NCBI GenBank assembly: GCA_002269645.1
Contig: NIVC01002962.1
Location: 1-64,000, forward strand
Reading direction: 5' to 3'
Length of the DNA: 64,000 nucleotides
From: Macrostomum lignano
Lineage: Eukaryota
Positions 22,232 through 33,883 of the stretch are shown here, piece by piece. The notes below the pieces were generated by a model. The model did not search any database and was not told the origin of the DNA. It saw only the letters and a list, made by a program, of their open reading frames with translations. The position numbers and the translations under genes are program-made. How positions within the stretch are numbered: the first letter of the stretch is position 1; each line of letters begins with the position of its first letter.

Positions 22232-23890
22232 ATGTCGAATACTGAACAAGAAGCAACCAAATGCATCTCGCGGTTTTGCGAACGGACAGCTGATGGCGAA
22301 AGTCCCTTCTCTGGTTTTCCTTTGTGCCAAGAACATCTTGACGAAGATTTGCAAAGATGTGAAAATCGAAAGGCTGATATTCTTGAAAAGCTCGATAAGC
22401 TCTCTTGCAAGTTGGGGAGACAGTCGCTTCAGTTAGAGAAGCAGGCTTTGGCTATAGAAATCCAGGAGATTGCCGATATGTTCGATTCCATTCAAGAAAA
22501 TCTACAGCAGTGGAAAGAAAAACTTATTTCGAGTGTGCAGAACGTGCACGATGGTGTGTCTGACAGGCTTGAAATTGCATCTGAATCAGACGTATGCGCC
22601 AAAGACATAGCTACAGTGTCTAACTCTGGGAATATGCGCGACCTGATACAGCTTACAGTGTCCATGGAATCCTGGCTAGATGCTGCCACTAGAAAAACTG
22701 CTGAATTTGATCAAAAAAGAGCTCAGTTGCGACAGCGACAGAACAATAATTTTGGTATTCGTTCTGTCGGAGATGTCGCTGCTGGTGTCCAGCACTTGCA
22801 AAATTTGTTTGACAGGCATCTGAACGACGTGATGAAGACTTGCTGGCTTGATGATGGGGAAACTAAACCAACAGGAATGTTAGAGCAGGATTCTGAAATA
22901 GGCGATTTAACGAGCAAACCAACACATGTTGCAGCGTGCACTAACACTGCTGGATTTTTCGGCGATGCCTCAGGTCGGGTAGTTCGAGCTGACTCAGTTT
23001 GGCATGAAATCTCCCAAACGTTGCCACAGCCTTGTATTTTTGTGGCCTTTGAAAATCAGAGCGCCGACCATCTATTGGTACTGTCACTTGATGGTTCGGT
23101 GAGACTTAAATGTCAAGGTGAGTCAGTCAGCGGTCAAACCGCTATCAAAGGATTCGAGTGCGACAGTAGACGCCAGCTGTTGTATGTTGGCCGTGCAAAT
23201 CTTGTTTCTGTTGCTGACTTAAGTGGCACTCTGCTTCATACTATAGACGGTGAACGTATCAAGCGTCCTTTTGGTACCGTTCACGGCATGACAGCCAACT
23301 CTGATAAGTTGTTTATGCTTTGTGCGACGACAGGCGGCTTATTTTCAAGCAGTATCAAACAGTTAATGTGTATTAATAAAGATTCACTTCTAGTCGACTC
23401 CGAAATCAGATCTAGAGTATTTAACTGTTTAACATCTGCCTCTGTTGGAGTCGGACTACATGGCGGTAAAATTATACTATCGGATGCAAAATTGGTGACT
23501 CAAGGAAAAACTAGGAAGTACAAAACTTCGGTCTACAAGATTTGCAGTGTCAGTGGCGAACTAATTTGTTGCGTTAATTTTGTGAGTTCTTTGCTTGATG
23601 AAAATAGACACATGTGCCAAGTTTCGGTCTCTAACACTGGCTTCTTATTCTTGTGCAACTTGCCAACATTGAGAGTTTTATCTGGTTACAATTTTGAGAG
23701 TTTAGCTTCTACTTCTCACTCGGAAGCACCAAGCGATCTGGCTCTGCTGCAGTCGCAGATTATTGTGACAAGTACCGGTACTAATGTATTCTCGAGTCGG
23801 TCAAAATTGCACTGTTATAAGTTTCATGGTGAGTTGAAAATTATGCATGTATGTAAAATCCTCCACGGTGAAAATTTCAAGAACAGCTAA
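22232..23890 (+). CDS. RING-less TRIM-NHL-like protein, copy 1 (zinc finger, coiled coil, divergent beta-propeller)
   Basis: Single ORF; first ATG shared in position with paralogues at 22232. CISRFC-x15-CQEH, LEKQALAIEIQEIADMFDSIQENLQQWKEKL and IRSVGDVAAGVQHLQ align with five downstream paralogues. Confidence 0.85.
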   Translation: MSNTEQEATKCISRFCERTADGESPFSGFPLCQEHLDEDLQRCENRKADILEKLDKLSCKLGRQSLQLEKQALAIEIQEIADMFDSIQENLQQWKEKLISSVQNVHDGVSDRLEIASESDVCAKDIATVSNSGNMRDLIQLTVSMESWLDAATRKTAEFDQKRAQLRQRQNNNFGIRSVGDVAAGVQHLQNLFDRHLNDVMKTCWLDDGETKPTGMLEQDSEIGDLTSKPTHVAACTNTAGFFGDASGRVVRADSVWHEISQTLPQPCIFVAFENQSADHLLVLSLDGSVRLKCQGESVSGQTAIKGFECDSRRQLLYVGRANLVSVADLSGTLLHTIDGERIKRPFGTVHGMTANSDKLFMLCATTGGLFSSSIKQLMCINKDSLLVDSEIRSRVFNCLTSASVGVGLHGGKIILSDAKLVTQGKTRKYKTSVYKICSVSGELICCVNFVSSLLDENRHMCQVSVSNTGFLFLCNLPTLRVLSGYNFESLASTSHSEAPSDLALLQSQIIVTSTGTNVFSSRSKLHCYKFHGELKIMHVCKILHGENFKNS

Positions 23891-24949
23891 ACCATAAATT
23901 TAGCCGTTATTCATGGCTTTATTAGCTTAATTAGCTCGTAGCACGCTGTGTTTTAATAATTTGTGTTTTTACACTTCTGATAAGAAATTATGTAACACAC
24001 GCTTATGCAATTAAAGTAGTCTGTTCATCAAGTCAAGAGCTTCTGTTAACATTTGATTTAATGGAACATTGAATGATTTCGAATCTTTGTTGTCTATAAA
24101 GTTTCGAAGTTGTAAAGATGGGGATATTGTTGTTTTTATTTATTTCTAATTACAGTTTGATTATTTGTTCTTTTTAAGTGATTCAATTGAGTTATACGAG
24201 CCGTATTTATGTTAGTCGTAGCCCGCTATTGTAAATTATACGTTTAAGTGCCCAGGAATAGAAAAAAGGTAGTCGCTGATGTGTAGCTGTCTATACTCAG
24301 CAACATTGGAAAATTGCCATCACAGAAGATTCCGTCTGTGGTCGCCACTTTTCAAAGTGTAGGTAAAGTCTCTCAATCTTGCGAGTGACGCAACTTACAT
24401 GTAGCTACGCCACGCGACAACATTTAGGTTGAGGAATGAAGTGGGGGAATCTCGGTGTGCGAGGATTAGACGGATTAAAGCTACCCCTCAGTTTTATCGT
24501 ATCATTTATTTCAGAATTGTCAAAGATAAATGCTCACTGGTGCATATAGTGACGACTTTTCAATGTTGCTGAGTATACTTAATAGTTATTTATTATTCTA
24601 TACTGGGGTGGGATATTGGGATATTACAGGTTGTAGCTGTTACAGGGGTGTTTATTTATAGTTTAATCCTACTGTTTTGCTACCAAATTGTGACGGGCCT
24701 CTTTTGGGGAAATTATACTGCTGCTGTCTAATTTGTTATAAGGGGGGGGGGCGGGTCGGGGTTACTGGCTTTTACAAGAATTATTTTGGGAATTTCGTAG
24801 GATTTGGGGAGAATATGCAATTTCTACTACTAAAAGGAGTATGCTTTAAAGTTACTCCTGGTGGCGTGAGTGTCCGAGCGGCAAGACACTATATTTCTAC
24901 TCAGTCCGGATATCTAAGGAGGGGAAGGGGAATAAGGGCTTCGCGGTCG

Positions 24950-25290
24950 AAAAATCACATCGTCGAAAAGCATCCACCATCACAAGCTCGAAAAGTCATA
25001 AGCTCGAAAAATCATATCGTCGAAAAGTTTAGCAACCACCATCACAAGCTCGAAAACTCACAAGCTCGAAAACTCACATCGTCGAAAACTGATTTAGCAA
25101 CCACCATCACAAGCTCGAAAAATCATATCGTTGAAAAGTTAAGCAACCACCATCACAAGCTCGAAAAATCACATCGTCGAAAACTGATTTAGCAGCCACC
25201 ATCACAAGCTCGTAAAGTCATAAGCTCGAAAAATCACATCGTCGAAAAGTTTAGCAACCACCATCATAAGCTCAAAAAGTCTTAAAGAAT
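24950..25290. repeat. tandem repeat of ACCACCATCACAAGCTCGAAAAATCACATCGTCGAAAAGTTTAGCA-type units
   Basis: Several imperfect tandem copies; explain ORF 24677..25192. Confidence 0.8.
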
Positions 25291-25489
25291 TAATTATTTA
25301 TATTTATATTTATTCATATTTAAAGAATAAAAGTTGCTCTTAGAATAGTCTATGGCAAAAACTCAAGCCCTACTTATCACAGCTTCACAACAAGAGTAGG
25401 CTGGTGTGATTTCAATTCTTGCACCGATTTTTTAAACAAAAATGCTCGAATCGGCATTCTGTGTATATTCTGTGATTGTCGACCCACTC

Positions 25490-25660
25490 AGAACAATTTG
25501 TGTCGTTGAGCAAGACGCTTAACTCTGCATTGCTTCATTAACTATTAGCTTTAAAATGGATGCCAGCATTAGTTAGGGCAGTTGAAAGTGTGTGTCACCC
25601 CCAGTCCTTGGACTGACAGCCGTATGCAGCCTTCAGATGCGCTGCGCAAAAGCTGTGGTA
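25490..25660 (+). mobile_element. SINE-like element, same family as 19726-19945
   Basis: tttgtgtcgttgagcaagacgcttaactctgcattgcttc...cagtccttggactgacagccgtatgcagccttcagatgcgctgcgca matches the SINE body. Confidence 0.65.
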
Positions 25661-27411
25661 AAATCAGGTAATAGAAAGTGGTAAAATCAATTATTAGGGG
25701 TATAGGGGTGAAGTTATGTGTGATTATACGAGAGTTGACAAAAAACAAATATACAACTTTAAGCGAGAGGGGAGAGAGCGCAATCTGTGTCATACTGCCA
25801 TAAAAGTCAGAAAAAATAATAATTCTAATAATAATAATAAATAACAATTATTTTCATCTGGTATATTGTTTATTATTACAGCTATATCAACATCCATCCT
25901 CCATTACACAGCCGAGTGTTTTTTCGTTTCAAGCCGTAGCCAGCGGATGAGTTTCACTCTCATGGACAGACGCGGAACAAGCATATTTGAGCACTTACTC
26001 GTATTCACGTGTAAGCTAAATACGAGTAACATTTTTATTGACTCGGTTGAATTTTTTATCGAAGTGTATACAAACTATACTAATGACCCGTGTCCTTAAT
26101 GAAGTTTTCGTCTTAATAGTCTTAATTTAAGCTTTGTGTCCTCTGTTGCCTCCTTATCTTCATTTGTAAAGAATATTAGAATATCCAATTAAGTGAGCCT
26201 GTTCAAGTATTTTACTCTTAGCACTGAACTGATCAAATAAAAAATAAGCTCAGATATGCAAGCAGATAGCTTAGTAAGTTACTCGTTGCTAGTTAATAAG
26301 AAGGTAACGTTCGTTACTTCGTTACCGCTTATCAAAAAATTACCGATATATTGAAATTATATTAGTTAAAATGATCATAAAGTTTTTTTGGTAGCAGAAA
26401 AAGAAACAAAGCTTATTTTCAATTTCAAGTCAACTAAGGTATCCTATTTTATTTACTGCTCTACAGATTCGATTAAACGTACAGAAAGAAGCTTGTTTTG
26501 CCTACTGAAAGCAGCTAGTAGACTTGTTAGCATCGTGTTTTAATCGATCTCAATCAAACGGAAAAGTAACTCTAAAGTAACAAGTACTTATCGCTACTTA
26601 GTTTCTGGCACCGATAATAGAATGACTAAGGTATGCCACTCAAAAAATGCGCTCATTTACTCTCTAAGTATAGCGACAATAGTTTTTGCACTTAAACTTG
26701 TAAAACTAATAAATTTTACAAGACTTCTGACTTTCTGTAAGCAGAGTCTCACCAAACCCATTAATTGTCCTAGATTCTAAGTGATTTTTTATGAAATCCT
26801 AAAGGTCTTAAAGACTGAAGATAGCGCTCTTGATACCAGCAAGGCTGATGAAATTGTTACCTTATTTTCCTACTATTGTTTTTGTTGACGTTTATTTTCC
26901 TAAGAATTTATGTCATAAAATGTTGCTACTTCGTCCATCTCTGATACATGTATACGCGATTGCGATTTTTATGTATCCATTGATATGTTATACTATATGT
27001 TATATGTTATATCAACTCAACAGTGACATGAAAAGTTTTTAGTTCAGACTATTCTGAACATTTTTCTTTAAATTTTATTAGTAAGCATTAGTAGCGGAAA
27101 GTTAAGTTGATACTATGCTTAGTTTTGTGTTTATGATTTTATTTTATGTCGTAGCTTAACCTTTTCATGTAACGTTTTTTGCGTCTTGCATGCAGCCTTC
27201 TACATCTCTGTCAGATTCTTACAATAAATATGCCGCGCACAGCTGAATGAGTATCTACTAAATTCAATAGAAAAATTAATTGGTTCATTTTTGATGTCAT
27301 TTTTTTTCATATAAAACTAGTATAATACTCGTAATAATAAAAAACTGATTTACCTGACCAACTGCCCGGAAAGTGCCCGTCAACATAAGCTCATAAAGTT
27401 CATAAGCTCAT

Positions 27412-27697
27412 GAGCCCGAGTAGCCTATGCACAAAAATGACACGTCATTCTGCTCACAGTAATACCGGGAAGCTGGGTTTGGCAATAAGAGGGACACAAA
27501 TTGGACTTAAGAGAACGAGCAAGGGGATGGTTAGGGATTATTATGTCAACCTAAGCTCATAAAGTAGAGTCCCTAATTATCCCATTGCTTGTTTTTTCCT
27601 ATCCCAAGTCGAATTTGCATCGCTCTTTTTGCCAAACCTAGCTTCCTAGTGTCATTGTCAGTAGAATATTATTTGTGTACATAACTTACTCGGGCTC
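27412..27697. mobile_element. foldback or MITE-like inverted repeat
   Basis: GAGCCCGAGTA/TACTCGGGCTC and GGAAGCTGGGTTTGGCAATAAGAG/CTCTTTTTGCCAAACCTAGCTTCC pair; no clear TSD. Confidence 0.55.
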
Positions 27698-28162
27698 CAC
27701 TTTATGATCCTAAGTTAACAGCCCATTTAAAGTGCCAAATGGAAAGATGTGTAAATTTTTATGCAGCGTTCTAGCCTACTTTTCAAGCTTTGAAGTACGT
27801 ATAGGTTTTAGTTCAGCCAATTTGCCAAGAAAATGAGCCCACGAGCGTATATTTTGTCCTTATTAGGTATACAATGTATACGCAGTTTGCTAGGGACGAT
27901 TTAAAGCCGTTCTTTCTACGTTGTTGATATACGAGCTATTACAACTGCTGTGTAAAGTAATTTCGATGGCATATGATATAGAAAATTCATAAAGCTGCTG
28001 AAGCTTCTTAAATCCAAGTAGTGATGTTTCTTTTGATAGTTATTTTCTCTTTAATATTTGGTAGGATTTGTTTATAGATTTCTCTAGCAACTATTGAACA
28101 CATATGGGTATTAATTTCAATAAATTGAAGGCTAACCGGTTGCTTTAAATTGTTTTCTTTGC

Positions 28163-29761
28163 ATGCCGAAAATGTCAAGTGAACAGCAAATCTGCATTGC
28201 TAGATCCTGCGATCGTCCGGCTGAAGACACGAGTCCATACTCTGGTTTTGCTTTCTGTCGGCAGCATCTTGCCACTGAGATTCAGCGTCTAGAGAAACGA
28301 CAACAAGAACTGCTAGATAAGCTTGACAAACTTAGCAACTGTTCAGAAAGACAGGCAATGCGTCTTGGTCAACAAGTTTTGATTGTTGAGATGCAGGAGA
28401 TTACAGACATGTTTGAAGCTGTTCATAATAGACTGCACCAGTGGAAGGATCGGTTGGTGTCGCATGTGCAAAAGATCCATGACAATATTGCTACCACGCT
28501 TAAGGATGTAGACGAGGCCGATGCTTGTAAGCAGGAACTAATGCAGGCTCGGGATTCGGGACAGCTGCGCAAAGTGATGGAGCTTGTTGTTTCCATGGAA
28601 TCATTCGCTGATGACGCTATGGACCGATTGCCAGAGCATGAAGAACTTCGAGCCGAATTGAAGCAAGATGCTCCCAATCGAATCATTGGCGATGTGTCAG
28701 TTGGAGTACAGCAGCTTCAGTTCAAGATCGATCGACATTTCACAGATTTGACACAGCACTGTAAGCTTAAAGACATGCCTTCTGATGACTCACCGCAGTG
28801 CAATGTGTGCAAGTTCGATAGCACTGTCTCCGAGCTTCCAAGTGGACCTCGGTACATAACTTTGTGTCAAAACACGAAAAATTATGCTGCCAACCATACA
28901 GGAGTGATTATTCCTGCTAAACAAGCTGATAAGAGAAGTTTAGAACTGCCAGAACAGTGCTTATTTATAGCATTTGATAGGAACAAGGCGGATTATTTGT
29001 TGGTGATATCACTAAACAGACGTGATTCTATCGATGAGCTAAAGTATCGCTGCGAACAGTTTAACTGGAGCAAGGACATATATGGCATTCATTGCGACAG
29101 CAATCGGCAGCAGCTGTTTATAGCTCAGGATCACGCTGTGACAGTGACAGACCTGTGTGGCCGAATTGTTAGAGTGGTGACTTCTGATCTGTTCGGTTGG
29201 CCTGTTGGAAAGATTTCTGGAATCTCTTGCAACGGAGACAAAGTTTTTGTGCTAGTGTTGGGCAGCCGCAACCAGAAGGTGCATTCATTTAGCAAGAACT
29301 CCGGAAATTTGGAGTCCAGCCTTGATTTAAAAGGCCATTTTGATGGCGACTTGCGCAAAATCTGCCTGCAAGAGAGCAAGATTTGGCTAGCTGATTGGAA
29401 ATACCCGAAAGTTTACAAAGTTTGCGGCATTTCTGGGAAGTTAATTGAAACCATTGATTGCATTGAATCATGTGTTGGTGATATTAAGAAAACGAAATTT
29501 TCGCCAATACACATTTGCACTGATGACAGAGGCCTTTTGTTTGCTAGCCTGATGTCGGCAAATAGCGTAGAAATTTTTGTTGGAGATTCCGTTATTATTA
29601 AGTTTCTGGTAGATTTCAACATCGAAGGCGAAGAAAACGACGACTGCTTTGATCGCCCGGCAGACATGATCATTTTTAACGACGAGACAAAGAACTGCAA
29701 GAAGTTAATAGTTTGCGATTATGCTAACGAGAGGCTCTGTATTTTCTTGCTTTCCACTTAA
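28163..29761 (+). CDS. RING-less TRIM-NHL-like protein, copy 2 (532 aa)
   Basis: Intronless ORF; CIARSC-x15-CRQH, coiled coil, and a C-terminal NHL-like blade FDRPADMIIF...LIVCDYANERLCIF. Confidence 0.88.
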   Translation: MPKMSSEQQICIARSCDRPAEDTSPYSGFAFCRQHLATEIQRLEKRQQELLDKLDKLSNCSERQAMRLGQQVLIVEMQEITDMFEAVHNRLHQWKDRLVSHVQKIHDNIATTLKDVDEADACKQELMQARDSGQLRKVMELVVSMESFADDAMDRLPEHEELRAELKQDAPNRIIGDVSVGVQQLQFKIDRHFTDLTQHCKLKDMPSDDSPQCNVCKFDSTVSELPSGPRYITLCQNTKNYAANHTGVIIPAKQADKRSLELPEQCLFIAFDRNKADYLLVISLNRRDSIDELKYRCEQFNWSKDIYGIHCDSNRQQLFIAQDHAVTVTDLCGRIVRVVTSDLFGWPVGKISGISCNGDKVFVLVLGSRNQKVHSFSKNSGNLESSLDLKGHFDGDLRKICLQESKIWLADWKYPKVYKVCGISGKLIETIDCIESCVGDIKKTKFSPIHICTDDRGLLFASLMSANSVEIFVGDSVIIKFLVDFNIEGEENDDCFDRPADMIIFNDETKNCKKLIVCDYANERLCIFLLST

Positions 29762-32245
29762 ACCGATGGATCAAGCTTAGCTCAAGTAAAGCGGTTATTG
29801 ACCGAAGAATGTGAATATCGTAACTCGTCGTTTGTAACAGTTTTCTCAAAACACATTCTTTTACTTGAAGATATATGTATACCTAATATTTCATTTATAA
29901 ATTTTATAAATATTTATATTAATCTTAATTTTGGTGCTTGCTTATCTTAAATCTTTTTAATTGCAAGCAGAATGTTCAATCGCCATAGCGTACAGAATTT
30001 TTCACGTTTTTTGCTACGCTGCATTTTTACATATCTATTGTACTTTCAGTACCGCATGGCAAGTGTTTGTCGTATTTAACAGTTAAAATTTATTTCTTTA
30101 TTTATTAGTAATCGTTACACATTGTTTTTTGGTTCCAAGTAGCTCGTACTTATACTCAGCAGCAGTCAAAAGTGCTATCCAACTTCCACTTCTCAATTAA
30201 AATTCAACCCACGAGTTTTACGTAACTATGTAGCCAAGTCAAGGGACAGTAACAGGGTAACAGTCTATCTCAATAGAGTGCTTTATTTTTAGTTTTTTTC
30301 GGTAATGTAGGAAAATAGCCAAATCAATTTGCAAAATTACCGATTCGGAGTTACCAAAGACCAAGTTAAGTGCATCATAGTTAATTTAAGTAGCAGAATC
30401 GTTTGGTTCTGTATACTTTTTATGCCCATGTACTCTGCCAAGCGCAGGCAGTCTTCTCTTTGCTCAAGTGCGTCTTTCAATCGCTGCTTAATCCTCAGCG
30501 GATATTCTGGCTCGGGCGGCAGCCATTTACTGTTGAGTTGGCATTGTCCCACCAGGTTTGGCCTTTTGTATCCATCGTTGTCACTGCGCAACAGATTAGC
30601 GCTCTTATTGGCTAATTTACAATTTGAACTGGTGTTTGCACTTGACTTGGTTAGATAATTAACTGGTTTTTGACCTTGCATTGTTATAGTATCCTCAGGA
30701 GAATTTTTATAACAAAAAACATCAGCCCTAAAGGCCAGCTATATCGCCTAAGATATCTGTATCTCCTTTGAGCTTTGGCATCAACGCCTCCCTTTAGGCC
30801 ATTATTTAATCCTATTTCTCCCTTCGATCTACCTTTGGCTTGGCCTACCAAAAACTTCAAAATGAACCTTCTAAATGAAACTTCCAAATATCTCATTAAC
30901 ACTCCCTAAACCGCCACAGCATTTCAGCAATTCCCCCATAAGCTTTGACATGTCAGGGATCCTCCCTGAGAGCCTCAGCAGATTTGGCTATTTGCCAGAT
31001 AAACTGAATTTTATGCATTTGGGATGTGGAACTTAAGTTGGATATAGTACTACGTGACCGAAAATGCCTATAAAGTGTGTACAGTTTTTGTAAGCTATCT
31101 AAAGTGCAAAATTTTCGACTTGCGTGAAGGGTAGCACTAGCACTTTTGACTATTGCTGAATATACGCGCCAGAAAATTCAAGATTTTCTGTCGTTGTGGT
31201 GCTACTAAACTTAAGACACAATAAGTACGTCGTAAAATATTAGACTCATTTACTCGCCATATATTTTTGTAGGGTCCCACCTCGAGAACAAACTCTATGT
31301 GCCTTGCGTCCTATTGTCATGCAACTATATAGTCCATTGTGTAATAATTTACGCATGCTCAACATCTGCATCGTAGCTCTCGTCATTGAGGCACAGTGCT
31401 TTTCGAAAGCTGTAAATCTTACACTGCGTCCCATTGCTAGCCGTGTGTGCAGGCCTAAGTTGTCTCGTCTTGTTTGTGGGGTTGTTTGAAAGGCTCATTT
31501 ACAGGTATATAACTTTAAGTGAGTTGTGCGTACTTTTACGCTTAGAATTCACTCGTAATTAAAATAAAGCAAGTGTATCTTGCTTCTCTTGCTTGTATTT
31601 TTTGTGTGCTTATTATTGTAAAATTAATTCTTTTGGCGCTTTTGCAGCATGTTTAATAATAATTTGATAAGTTTAATACCGAGTGAAAAAGTTTGCTTAA
31701 AAGTTCGGAATGCTTGTGCTTTTATTTTGATTCAACTCCAAACTTCTTTAGCTGTGTATTTCAACATCTAGCTAGGTTATTGCAATATTAAATGAAGTTT
31801 TAGTATATGTTTGCCTTTATAATAGATCGTCCACTGAAAAGTTGCAAAGATTTACTTTGATACCTTAACTAATTGTAGCTCGTATCTAACTGATAGCTAA
31901 ATAGAACTTCCAATGTGTGTACTAAACTTGTGTGCTTCGAACGGTTAAGACCAAAAGGACTAAAAACTGAGAAACTGTTTGTGGCCTATTGCAAGGTCTA
32001 AACTCACTTTAAGACTCTAATGTACGAGCTCGTAGAAGCACGCAGCAGTTCCCTGAAATTGTCTACTAGCTAGCCGCCCTGACCCCTGATCCTTGAGATG
32101 AGATACTCGTAGAGCTAGTAGAGTTGCAGTGTGGTGACAATATAAGATGTCGCCTACTGATTACTTGTACTTGCATTGGTTCAGACTAATTACAGAAAAA
32201 TGATTGAATTTTTGTTTATATGCATGCCGGACGCTAACCGCAGCC

Positions 32246-33883
32246 ATGTCCAGCGATACCCACCGCATGTGCATTGTCAGATCCTGTTACCAAGCGTCTG
32301 ATAGCGTGAGTCCTTATTCCGGATTCGCTCTGTGTCAGCAACATCTTGGTAGCGATCTTGAACGGCTTGAACAGAGAGAAACTGAAGTTTTAAATAAACT
32401 GAATACTGTCGCGGCTAATTCGGAGAAGCAAACTTTTCGACTAGAACAGCAAGCGATTCAAATAGAAATGCAAGAAATTGACGACATGTTTGAATCTGTG
32501 CAGGCGAGGCTCCAGCTGTGGAAAGAGCAGCTGGTTTCCAGTGTCCAACAGATCCACGATGCATTTGCTAGTAGGCTGAGAGATGTCGCCGATGCTGAGC
32601 ATTGTCTGAAAGACATTCATTCGGCACGGTCCAACGGGAAGTTGCGCAAAGTGATGAAGCTAATACTGTCTGTTGAAAGCTTTGCCGATGAAGCCGTCGA
32701 TAGATCGGCAATTTTTGACGACTTTCGAGCAAGGCTTCGTGAAATTACAATGGAACGCGATAAGGATAATGACTCTGATGACGATGATGGTGATGAAGAT
32801 GAAGACGAGTCTTCGAAAACTACTATCTATCGATGCATTGGTGATGTGTCATCTGAGGTGCAGATGCTACAATCACTGATTGACAAGCATATGCATAGTG
32901 TAATGGAGTATTGCCAAATTGACGGCGAATCGCCAGACAAGCCAGTTTGTCCGCCTTTAAAGCAGTCAATTACTCTTCCAGGAGAGCCGCGTTATCTAAC
33001 TCTGTGTACGAACACAAGTGGATACGTGTGCAACATGAATGACTGCGTGGTTTCGCTCAAGTCTGTTGCGAACGCCTCTTATCGAGAATTACCAATGCCT
33101 ACTATCTTTGTTGCGCTAAGGCCAGGTAGCAGTTCTTTACTGCTAGGCGTTTCTTTTAACATGCGTCGCAAGTTTAAACTAATCTGCGAAAAATTCGACT
33201 GGAACAAAGCTATTACTGGTCTTCATTGTGACAATTTGCGTCAGAGATTATTTTTAGCTCAGGAGCACGCAGTGACAGTGACTGATTTGTGCGGCCAAGT
33301 TATCAGAGTAGTTGCTACAAGCCAATTAGGCTTGACTGCAGGACGAATCTCCGGTATGTCCTGCAATGGTGACAAAGTGTTTGTAATTGTGCTGGGAACT
33401 AATCAACAAGTGCTTTCGTTTAGTAAGGCCTCTGGAGTGCTCGAATCCTGCCTCGATGTGAGCGCCTACGGCGAAGGTACATGTGGTCTGCGAAAGCTGT
33501 GTCTGCAAGAGGGCAAGATCTGGCTCGCTGACTGGAAGTCATCGAAGGTGCTAAAAGTTTGCAGCATCACTGGACAGTTGATTTCAACTGCGAAAGGCGA
33601 TTTTCGGTCTTCTATGACGGAAATAATGCCTCTGCACCTAGCAAGCGACGATTATGGTCGACTGTACGTCAGCGAGCTGAAGAATCACAGCGTTCAGTCC
33701 ATTTCAAGCGCAACTGACAATGACGAATTTTTATTTGGAAGTCCAGGCGAAGCGGGTAATAGCGAAGAAGTCTTCAATAGGCCTGCCGATGTTATTGTTT
33801 TCAACAGTGAGGCTGTTGGCTACAAGATTCTAGTCGTAGCTGATACTAACAACATGCGCTTGTGCGCTTTTCGTCTTGTTTAA
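32246..33883 (+). CDS. RING-less TRIM-NHL-like protein, copy 3, with an acidic insertion
   Basis: Intronless ORF, first in-frame ATG at 32246; CIVRSC-x15-CQQH; NHL-like FNRPADVIVF...ILVVADTNNMRLCAF. Confidence 0.88.
   Translation: MSSDTHRMCIVRSCYQASDSVSPYSGFALCQQHLGSDLERLEQRETEVLNKLNTVAANSEKQTFRLEQQAIQIEMQEIDDMFESVQARLQLWKEQLVSSVQQIHDAFASRLRDVADAEHCLKDIHSARSNGKLRKVMKLILSVESFADEAVDRSAIFDDFRARLREITMERDKDNDSDDDDGDEDEDESSKTTIYRCIGDVSSEVQMLQSLIDKHMHSVMEYCQIDGESPDKPVCPPLKQSITLPGEPRYLTLCTNTSGYVCNMNDCVVSLKSVANASYRELPMPTIFVALRPGSSSLLLGVSFNMRRKFKLICEKFDWNKAITGLHCDNLRQRLFLAQEHAVTVTDLCGQVIRVVATSQLGLTAGRISGMSCNGDKVFVIVLGTNQQVLSFSKASGVLESCLDVSAYGEGTCGLRKLCLQEGKIWLADWKSSKVLKVCSITGQLISTAKGDFRSSMTEIMPLHLASDDYGRLYVSELKNHSVQSISSATDNDEFLFGSPGEAGNSEEVFNRPADVIVFNSEAVGYKILVVADTNNMRLCAFRLV

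Noticed and set aside
23829-23835. Strong-looking donor G|GTGAGT near the end of array copy 1
   Set aside because: No convincing downstream exon was found and the ORF ends normally at 23890; left as a possible alternative 3' end for RNA-seq to test.
24677-25192. 171-aa ORF
   Set aside because: The second half is a tandem repeat and the first half is low-complexity; no domain recognised.
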